A DNA stretch of 64,000 bases from Pseudomonadota bacterium. Its GTDB lineage: Bacteria; Pseudomonadota; Gammaproteobacteria; Steroidobacterales; Rariloculaceae. A program made the translations under genes and the position numbers. Of the stretch, positions 39,588 to 47,000 are shown piece after piece. The stretch is taken from NCBI GenBank assembly GCA_036337035.1, contig JAYZFC010000006.1, positions 18,194 to 82,193 on the forward strand, given 5' to 3'. The notes under the pieces were generated by a model. It was not told the DNA's origin. It saw only the letters and a program-made list of their open reading frames with translations, and did not search any database. Within the stretch, counting starts at the first letter, position 1; every line of letters begins with the position of its first letter.

Positions 39588-40604
39588 TTACCTAACTAAC
39601 TCCGGTAGTCCTATTATTCTATCAGATAAATGTCCAAGCGAAATTGAAAAGTAATGTGACCTATTCCACATCATAATATCTCTGTAGTTTTCATACACTA
39701 AAAAAGAAGGTTCTAGGCCTTCTTCTGGCACAACTATTGACCCTCTAATATTTATTTTTGGTAGCTCATTTCCAAAGATATCTAATACGCCCAACATACT
39801 CCATTCATCAAGAGACATATTTATCTCGAGCCCCTCAAAGCTTCTATCAAAATCAATAGGGAGCATTACTTGTCTACCCCATATAATACCTCTCATCCAT
39901 CCTTGACTTGACATAAAATTTGCTGCTGACTCTAGAGCATCAGCCGTATTATTCCAGATATCTTTTTTTCCATCACCATCGCCATCTTTCGCATAAGAAA
40001 TAAAAGTTGAAGGCATAAATTGAACTTGCCCCATTGCTCCTGCCCAAGAACCTTTCATATCTTCTAATGCAATATGTCCTTCATCTAGTATTTTTAGAGC
40101 ATTAATTAATTCAGATCTAAAAAAACTTGGTCTTCTAGTATCATAAGCTAACGTTACTAGTGATTCTATTACTGAGTGACTGCCTTGGGTGTTTCCATAA
40201 TTACTCTCTATACCCCAGGCTGCAACCAAAATATGGGGTGCTATACCGTACCTCGAATAAATATCTTCTAACAAGTCTTGGTTTTCTAGTAATTTTGAGC
40301 GCCCTTGATCAATTCTTTGTTGTGAAACAACCCTGCTCAAATAGTCCCAAAAATTTAATTTAAATTCTGGCTGATTCCTATCTAGTTCTATAATCCTAGA
40401 TATTGGCTCTACTCCTTTTAAGGATTGAGAAATAATATCTTCTGATATGCCTTCTGACACAGCCTCTTTAGTGAATTCCTTAATCCAGACATCAAAATCA
40501 GCATCCTGAGAATAGACAGGCATAAAAAAAACTGTAGCCAAGATAAAAAAATAAATACTATACTTGGTAGAATAAATCATTATCAAACAAATTAATGCTG
40601 GCAA
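39588..40604 (-). CDS. mltB: lytic murein transglycosylase B family (Slt35-like)
   Basis: GIESNYG and GSWAGAMGQVQFMPSTF motifs, N-terminal signal sequence. Confidence 0.85.
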   Translation of the reverse strand: MPALICLIMIYSTKYSIYFFILATVFFMPVYSQDADFDVWIKEFTKEAVSEGISEDIISQSLKGVEPISRIIELDRNQPEFKLNFWDYLSRVVSQQRIDQGRSKLLENQDLLEDIYSRYGIAPHILVAAWGIESNYGNTQGSHSVIESLVTLAYDTRRPSFFRSELINALKILDEGHIALEDMKGSWAGAMGQVQFMPSTFISYAKDGDGDGKKDIWNNTADALESAANFMSSQGWMRGIIWGRQVMLPIDFDRSFEGLEINMSLDEWSMLGVLDIFGNELPKINIRGSIVVPEEGLEPSFLVYENYRDIMMWNRSHYFSISLGHLSDRIIGLPELVR

Positions 40605-41599
40605 TTATAGGCCTGGAGGGGCTCTTCTATTCTCTCAAAAGACCTAGCCTCACTAAATGACTTAACCCAGTAAACAGGGTCATTGAGCTGCCACTTAATG
40701 TGAAGTATATCTGTATCAGGATCTAATGAAATAACTTCTGTACTTATTAGCTCATGGCTATGAGGCAAGCCTGGATGTTGGTGAATTACCCCTTCTTTAT
40801 AAAGGCTTGTGTTTATAATGATTGAGGAGCCGCTATAACTTCCTACAGAATGCCCTAGAACCCTATAGCTCAAATTAGTACCATTGTCTTCTAGATTAAT
40901 GATCCTTTCTGCATCCATCCACTCATAAGAAATAGAAATAGTTTTTTCTTCTTGTTTAATTTCTAATGGCTGACCGTTTCTCCATAACCTACTTATACTA
41001 ACAGGACTACAGTTAAGTGCTGGGTCATCTAATACTGGATCATAGTTATTTAGCGCCTCTATTCCTCTTTCAGAAAACAGATCATCAATCCAAGGATTAG
41101 GGTCATCAGGTCCTGGTACGCCCATTCCTCCATAACCAATACCATTTGTTTCAAAATCAGTGCGCAACATTCTCCAAACGCCATTTATATTTGGAATGTC
41201 GCTGTCTAAAACAGGCATAACATTATTAACATTATTATTTTCTTTCTCTTCCATCACAAAAACTTGTCTTGAAGTTATTCTAGTGCCGTCACTAAATATA
41301 CCAAAATCAAAAGCACACTCAGTATCAACCCTTTTGTGTGCGGAACCTGTTATTGTAATACTTGCTCCTTGAGGTAAAACATCTGTGTGCCAGCCAGATC
41401 TTCGTAAAACATTAGCGGGTGGCAATTCACAATCCCATAACTCTAATTCTCCATTTTCATTAACCACATCTATTAAAAGGTGTGAATGCGGATTGATAAA
41501 ACGATATTCCTTTATTGTTCCTTCTATGGTTATTTTTTTATTGACATCAAAATGATATGAAAAAGAATGGTGGGCATATAACGAAACACAAAAAGGCAT
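40592..41599 (-). CDS. hypothetical secreted protein with DUF6152-like N-terminal domain
   Basis: HHSF...FD...G.I..Y.F.NPHSHL start typical of DUF6152, with ~220 further residues of unknown function. The ATG at 41599 has no SD and leaves only a 9-aa pre-sequence. The reading frame is open up to 41647 behind an AGGGGG, so the true start may be a non-canonical ATT or ATC. Confidence 0.55.
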   Translation of the reverse strand: MPFCVSLYAHHSFSYHFDVNKKITIEGTIKEYRFINPHSHLLIDVVNENGELELWDCELPPANVLRRSGWHTDVLPQGASITITGSAHKRVDTECAFDFGIFSDGTRITSRQVFVMEEKENNNVNNVMPVLDSDIPNINGVWRMLRTDFETNGIGYGGMGVPGPDDPNPWIDDLFSERGIEALNNYDPVLDDPALNCSPVSISRLWRNGQPLEIKQEEKTISISYEWMDAERIINLEDNGTNLSYRVLGHSVGSYSGSSIIINTSLYKEGVIHQHPGLPHSHELISTEVISLDPDTDILHIKWQLNDPVYWVKSFSEARSFERIEEPLQAYNCQH

Positions 41600-41658
41600 T
41601 AATAATGCAAATGCACACGCTTTGACAATGATATTAATAATAACCCCCTATATTGTCT

Positions 41659-42576
41659 TTAAAAAACATTAATAGCCTCAATTAATAATGTATCATCATA
41701 GATATTATCACTACTTAACATATACTGCACTTGAGGCATCTTAGCTCTATATACTATATTAGGCTGAACCCCGATGGAATCAATTTTCTTGCCTAGCGGA
41801 GAAACCAAGAATGCAGAAGTAAGATATAAAGCACTGCCATCAATCAATGGATAAAGAGTCTGAACTGTGCCCTTTCCTTGGGTTCTTTGTCCAAACACTT
41901 TAGCTCTTTTGTTTTCTTTTAGAGCAGCAACAACTACCTCAGCTGAAGATGCAGTTCCCAAGTTGCTTAAAACAACTAATGGTTTACCTTTAATTACATC
42001 TCCTATGCGAGCTCTTACTAAGCTCCTGGAATCACTTGTCCTCCCTCTTGTAATCACAATTGTCCCATCATCAAGAAAAGCATCTGAAATCTCAATAGCT
42101 GATGATAAGCTTCCACCAGGATTATTTCTCAGATCAAGTATGAAGCCCTTTAATGGCCTTTTTGAATCCTTCTCTAAAGCCTTAACTATATCTGTTAACT
42201 GTAAACATGTTTGATTTGAAAAATACAATATCCGTATATAGCCTATATCATTGGGCAAATACTTACCAAACACACTTTCATGTGAAGAATTAAGTTCTAT
42301 TTCCTGTAAAAAATCTTCATGTTTAGAAGGAATGAGAAATTTTGAGTAATTATCTAATCCATCAAGTGTGCCTAATTCTAAATTTAAACTTACCTGATCC
42401 TCATCAATCTTATCAACATATTCTCTCAATATAATATTCTTAACAGACTTATCAGAAAAACTACCTTCTTGATCTGGCAATAATAGACTAATGCATAGAA
42501 GGCCTATAATGAATATAGTTGCTAGTGATAACCTTGTTTTATTTGACATGCAAAGCCTTTTAAGAAACATTTTCAC
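41659..42576 (-). CDS. S41-family C-terminal processing peptidase, apparently lacking the PDZ domain
   Basis: LDLRNNPGG, catalytic Ser region GTASSAEV and Lys region QGKGTVQ. Only ~35 residues lie where the ~90-aa PDZ domain normally sits. N-terminal signal/anchor. Confidence 0.85.
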   Translation of the reverse strand: MKMFLKRLCMSNKTRLSLATIFIIGLLCISLLLPDQEGSFSDKSVKNIILREYVDKIDEDQVSLNLELGTLDGLDNYSKFLIPSKHEDFLQEIELNSSHESVFGKYLPNDIGYIRILYFSNQTCLQLTDIVKALEKDSKRPLKGFILDLRNNPGGSLSSAIEISDAFLDDGTIVITRGRTSDSRSLVRARIGDVIKGKPLVVLSNLGTASSAEVVVAALKENKRAKVFGQRTQGKGTVQTLYPLIDGSALYLTSAFLVSPLGKKIDSIGVQPNIVYRAKMPQVQYMLSSDNIYDDTLLIEAINVF

Positions 42577-42637
42577 ACAGTGAGCTTTCGACTGATATAA
42601 TATTACTTAAATATCGTTAGTAATTATAGGGTGCAAA

Positions 42638-43048
42638 ATGGGACAACTGTATGAATTTGCTTCAAATCATAGTCTTCTAGTTACTGGGCTTATCTGTTCA
42701 TGGCTATTGGTGCTTTTTTATGAAGCTAGACTAAAAAGTCTCTCTTTAAGTAATGTTTCCTCATCAGATGCCATTAAACTAATTAATGATGGTGCAACCA
42801 TAATTGATATTAGAGCCTCTAAAAAATTCAAGCTGGGGCATATAGCAAACTCTAAAAACATGCCTCTAGGAAATATAAATTTAAAAAAAATAAATGATAA
42901 AAATAAGGCCTTTCTAATTGTTTGTGAAAATGGAAGCTCTTCTGGACAATATTCAAATTCATTAAGAAAAAAAGGCTTAGAAAAAATCTTTAGCCTCAAA
43001 GGAGGTTTAGAATTATGGCAGAATGAAAACCTCCCTCTTGTAAAGTAA
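42638..43048 (+). CDS. yibN: membrane-anchored rhodanese-domain protein (YibN-like)
   Basis: N-terminal TM segment, GHIANSKN, C-terminal NLPLVK as in E. coli YibN. Upstream of grxC as in E. coli. Confidence 0.75.
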   Translation: MGQLYEFASNHSLLVTGLICSWLLVLFYEARLKSLSLSNVSSSDAIKLINDGATIIDIRASKKFKLGHIANSKNMPLGNINLKKINDKNKAFLIVCENGSSSGQYSNSLRKKGLEKIFSLKGGLELWQNENLPLVK

Positions 43049-43052
43049 TCTT

Positions 43053-43307
43053 ATGGTAAAGATATATACAGCTAATATTTGTGGTTACTGTACAGCTGCA
43101 AAACAATTACTAGAAAGAAAATCTATAAAATATGAAGAAATAAATATGACCAACGATAAGTCGCTGCAGATGGAAATAATTGAAAAAACAGGCTTAAGAA
43201 CTGTCCCACAAATTTTTATCGATGATAAGCATATAGGTGGCTTTAGCGAACTTAGAGATCTCGAAGCATCAGGTGATCTAGATGTAATAATTAGTGAGGT
43301 TGATTGA
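43053..43307 (+). CDS. grxC: glutaredoxin 3
   Basis: CGYC active site, TVPQIFI, GG motif, 84 aa. Confidence 0.9.
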   Translation: MVKIYTANICGYCTAAKQLLERKSIKYEEINMTNDKSLQMEIIEKTGLRTVPQIFIDDKHIGGFSELRDLEASGDLDVIISEVD

Positions 43308-44308
43308 CTATTTTGAAAAAAAACATAGCCATTATAGGATCTGGAGCTTGGGGCACTGCACTTGCGAGCCACTTGGCTAAATTAAACCATAATGTAATGA
43401 TATGGGGAGTAGATGATAAAGAAATATTAGAAATTAATTCTAAAAAATCTAATAAGATCTTACCACATTATAAAATACCTAAAGGAGTCCGGGCCTCAAC
43501 AAGCTTAGAAGCCGTTCTTAATCAAAGCTCTACCATGATTATTGCTGTACCTAGTCACGCATTTAGAGAAACATTAATAAAAATATCTAGAATCAATCAT
43601 TCTTGCGCATCACTATCTTGGGCAACCAAGGGGTTTGAGATAGATACAGGGAAATTATTACACGATGTCGTTAAAGAAGAGCTAGGAGAAGAACTACCCA
43701 CTGCTGTGATATCTGGTCCAACATTTGCTTTAGAGGTTGCTCAAGGCCAACCATCAGCAATAACAATAGCCTCTTTAGATGAAAGCTATTGTAATTACAT
43801 GGCTAATCTTATTTCGTCTATCTCATTAAGAGCATATAAATCAAACGATATTATAGGTGTAGAAGTAGGGGGATCTGTAAAAAACATATTAGCCATAGCA
43901 GCTGGTATATCAGATGGGCTTGGGCTTGGAGCAAATACAAGGGCCGCCTTAATTACTAGAGGTTTATCAGAAATAATTAAACTAGGTACCAAATTAGGCG
44001 CAAATAAAAATACCTTTATGGGTCTTTCAGGAATGGGTGATTTGATTTTAACTTGTAGCGACGATCAATCTAGAAATAGAAGATTTGGTATAGAAATAGC
44101 TAAAGGGTGCGAAATTGAAGAAGCAAAAAGAAAAATTGGATCTACAATCGAAGGATATCTCGCAGCAAAGGCTACCTACAATATTGCTAGAAAAGCTAAT
44201 ATAGAAATGCCTATTACAAATGAGGTATATAATATCATTTATGAAGGGGTGCACCCAGCAAGCGCAATAGAGAAGCTAATGAGCAGACCAATAATATCGG
44301 AGAAATAA
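43304..44308 (+). CDS. gpsA: NAD(P)H-dependent glycerol-3-phosphate dehydrogenase
   Basis: GSGAWGTALA, GSVKNILAIAAG, DLILTC motifs. Confidence 0.95.
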   Translation: MTILKKNIAIIGSGAWGTALASHLAKLNHNVMIWGVDDKEILEINSKKSNKILPHYKIPKGVRASTSLEAVLNQSSTMIIAVPSHAFRETLIKISRINHSCASLSWATKGFEIDTGKLLHDVVKEELGEELPTAVISGPTFALEVAQGQPSAITIASLDESYCNYMANLISSISLRAYKSNDIIGVEVGGSVKNILAIAAGISDGLGLGANTRAALITRGLSEIIKLGTKLGANKNTFMGLSGMGDLILTCSDDQSRNRRFGIEIAKGCEIEEAKRKIGSTIEGYLAAKATYNIARKANIEMPITNEVYNIIYEGVHPASAIEKLMSRPIISEK

Positions 44309-44318
44309 CCTGAGCACT

Positions 44319-45257
44319 ATGTCAGATAAAATTTCTATCGATTTTTGTGGATTAAAACTTAATTCACCTATAATCCTGCTTTCAGGATGTGTTGGATTTG
44401 GCAATGAATACACACGTATTGAAGGCTTCTCAAATGAAGATCCAGGAGCAATCATCTTAAAAGGGACCACAAAAGAGCCTAGATTAGGAAACCCAGCGCA
44501 TAGAGTTTGGGAAACTGATGATGGTATGTTAAATGCAATTGGCCTTCAAAACCCTGGAGTAGAAAAGGTTGTCAATGAAATATTGCCAACTCTAGATTTT
44601 AGCGAAACCCACTTTATTGCAAACATTTGTGGATCAACTATAGAAGAATATGCTGATGTTGCAGAAAGATTTAATGACTCTCAAATAAGCGCAATAGAGA
44701 TAAATATTTCTTGTCCTAATATTAAAGAAGGGGGCGTCTCTTTTGGGAATTATCCAGAAATGTCAGCTCAAGTAGTATCAGCTTGTAGAAAAGCAACTAC
44801 CAAACCTCTAATTGTAAAACTATCACCTAATCAAACTGATATAGCTAGTAACGCAAAAGCTTGTATAGAGGCAGGCGCTGATGGTTTAGCTGTAATAAAT
44901 ACTATCTCAGGAATGTCTATAGACATAAAAACAAAAAAACCAATTATCGGTAATATAAAAGGTGGGCTATCTGGGCCAGCAATTAAACCTATTGCCTTAC
45001 TTAAAGTATTTCAAGTCTATAAGGAAGCAAAAAAATATGGTATTCCTATCCTTGGTCAGGGAGGAATCTGTAGTGGAAATGATGCTATTGAGTTTTTTCT
45101 CGCAGGATCAACAGCCATTGGAATAGGAACAAGCCTTTTTTATGATCCAATGACAACTAAAAAAATAAATTCTGATCTATGTGAATATCTAAATAAAAAC
45201 GATATTACATCAATAAAAGAATTAATAGGTAAAGTTAAAATTATAAATCAACCTTAA
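44319..45257 (+). CDS. pyrD: dihydroorotate dehydrogenase, class 1 (1B-type catalytic subunit)
   Basis: Strong collinearity with B. subtilis PyrD-B as I remember it: SGCVGFG, TKEPRLGNP, MLNAIGLQNPG, NISCPN (catalytic Cys), GGLSGPAIKP. Confidence 0.85.
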   Translation: MSDKISIDFCGLKLNSPIILLSGCVGFGNEYTRIEGFSNEDPGAIILKGTTKEPRLGNPAHRVWETDDGMLNAIGLQNPGVEKVVNEILPTLDFSETHFIANICGSTIEEYADVAERFNDSQISAIEINISCPNIKEGGVSFGNYPEMSAQVVSACRKATTKPLIVKLSPNQTDIASNAKACIEAGADGLAVINTISGMSIDIKTKKPIIGNIKGGLSGPAIKPIALLKVFQVYKEAKKYGIPILGQGGICSGNDAIEFFLAGSTAIGIGTSLFYDPMTTKKINSDLCEYLNKNDITSIKELIGKVKIINQP

Positions 45258-45285
45258 TAGGTTTTAATTAATTTATATAGCAATT

Positions 45286-46071
45286 GTGAGCATTCATTCA
45301 ACAGCCATAGTATCACCAAAAGCAGAAATAAGTAGCAGTGCCATAATTGGACCGTACTGCATTATAGATGAAAAAGTTAAAATAGGTCCTGGAACCAAAT
45401 TAAATTCACATATAGTAGTTGGCAGTGAGTATGGATCGGTCTCTATTGGTAAAAGAAATTTTATTCAGAGTGGAGCAATACTTGGGGGGGCTCCTCAGCA
45501 CCTAAATTATAAAAAAAATCAGGGGCAACTTGAAATAGGTGACGATAATCGGATTGGCGAAAATGTAACAATTAACTTGGGAAGCTCTCTCGGAAAAGGC
45601 AAAACCAAAATAGGCAATAAAATCTCAATTATGGCTTATGCTCATATAGGCCATGATTGTGAAATACAAGATAACTCAGTAATTACTAATTTAACTCAGC
45701 TTGCTGGTCATGTAGTTATAGGAGAACAAGCTATAATAAGTGGAATGGTCCCTATTACTCAGTTCGTTAGGATAGGTCGTTTATCTTTTGTTTCAGCTAA
45801 TTCTAAAGTTAATAAAGATATTATTCCATTTACAATTGCTGATGGAGAGTGGGCAATACCAAAGGCAATCAACAAAATAGGCTTAAAAAGAGCCTCTATA
45901 CCAATTGACTCTATAAATAATATTGAAAAGTCATTAAAAATTCTTTTGAGTCCCAAATACAATATTAAATCTGCTTTACATAAAATTAATGAGGAGGTAA
46001 CAGCATGCTCATATATTAAATATTTAATTGAATTCGTGGAGCGCTCAAAAAAAGGGGTAGCTAGAAAATGA
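45286..46071 (+). CDS. lpxA: acyl-ACP:UDP-N-acetylglucosamine O-acyltransferase LpxA
   Basis: GTG start. Hexapeptide-repeat LbH fold, HIGHDC catalytic His region, GLKRA and C-terminal helical domain collinear with E. coli LpxA. Confidence 0.85.
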   Translation: MSIHSTAIVSPKAEISSSAIIGPYCIIDEKVKIGPGTKLNSHIVVGSEYGSVSIGKRNFIQSGAILGGAPQHLNYKKNQGQLEIGDDNRIGENVTINLGSSLGKGKTKIGNKISIMAYAHIGHDCEIQDNSVITNLTQLAGHVVIGEQAIISGMVPITQFVRIGRLSFVSANSKVNKDIIPFTIADGEWAIPKAINKIGLKRASIPIDSINNIEKSLKILLSPKYNIKSALHKINEEVTACSYIKYLIEFVERSKKGVARK

Positions 46072-47000
46072 GAAGAATTAGAGTGGCTGTTATAGGAGCA
46101 GGTTATTTGGGTCGTTTTCATGCCTTAAAATATAATGAAATTAAAAATACTGAATTAATATCGGTCTGTGATATCAATAAAGAAGCTGCTATATCTTTAG
46201 CTAAAGAATGTAATACAAATTTTTGCCATGACTACAAATCACTAATCAATAAAGTTGATGCTGTTACAATAGCGGCAACTACCTCTGCACACTTTGAAAT
46301 AGCCAAGTTCTTTCTTACAAAGGGCATACATTCATTAGTGGAAAAACCGATTACAGAAAATAGCTCCGAAGGTAAAGAATTGATAGCAATAGCAAAATCT
46401 AGCAATGCAAAACTTCAAGTAGGTCATATAGAGAGGTTTAATCCTGCATTTACTTCGGTTAAAAAAAAGCTTGGTAACACTAAATTCATAGAATGCCACA
46501 GACTAGCGCCTTTTAACAAAAGGGGGTGTGATGTTAATGTAGTGCACGACCTTATGATTCATGATCTGGATGTAATACTCTCATTAGTCAAAAGTACACC
46601 AAAAATAATATCAGCATCGGGAGTTAAAATACTTACTGACAGTATTGATATAGCCAACGCAAGAATTGAATTTAACAATGGAACGGTGGTTAATGCCACC
46701 GCTTCAAGAGTTACAAACTCAATGCAAAGGAAGTTTAGAATATTTAAAGAGAATCAATATATTTCTATAGATTTTGGAGAAAGAAAAATAAAGTTAATCA
46801 ACTCTATTGCAGGAAGGCTTGAAGAAGAGTCATGGCGCCTAGATAAAATAGACGCACTCGAAGAAGAGGTAAGCTCTTTTATATCATCTATACAAAATAA
46901 TACGCCGTGTAAGGTATCTGGAGAAGATGGGGTTGCAGCACTTATGCTTGCTGAAAAAATATTAGAAGATATAGATAAGAGAAATCAAAAAACAAACTAG
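46068..47000 (+). CDS. Gfo/Idh/MocA-family NAD-dependent oxidoreductase (GnnA-like candidate)
   Basis: Rossmann VIGAGYLGRFH, EKP motif, VGHIERFNPA. ATGA overlap with the lpxA stop. Confidence 0.8.
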   Translation: MRRIRVAVIGAGYLGRFHALKYNEIKNTELISVCDINKEAAISLAKECNTNFCHDYKSLINKVDAVTIAATTSAHFEIAKFFLTKGIHSLVEKPITENSSEGKELIAIAKSSNAKLQVGHIERFNPAFTSVKKKLGNTKFIECHRLAPFNKRGCDVNVVHDLMIHDLDVILSLVKSTPKIISASGVKILTDSIDIANARIEFNNGTVVNATASRVTNSMQRKFRIFKENQYISIDFGERKIKLINSIAGRLEEESWRLDKIDALEEEVSSFISSIQNNTPCKVSGEDGVAALMLAEKILEDIDKRNQKTN

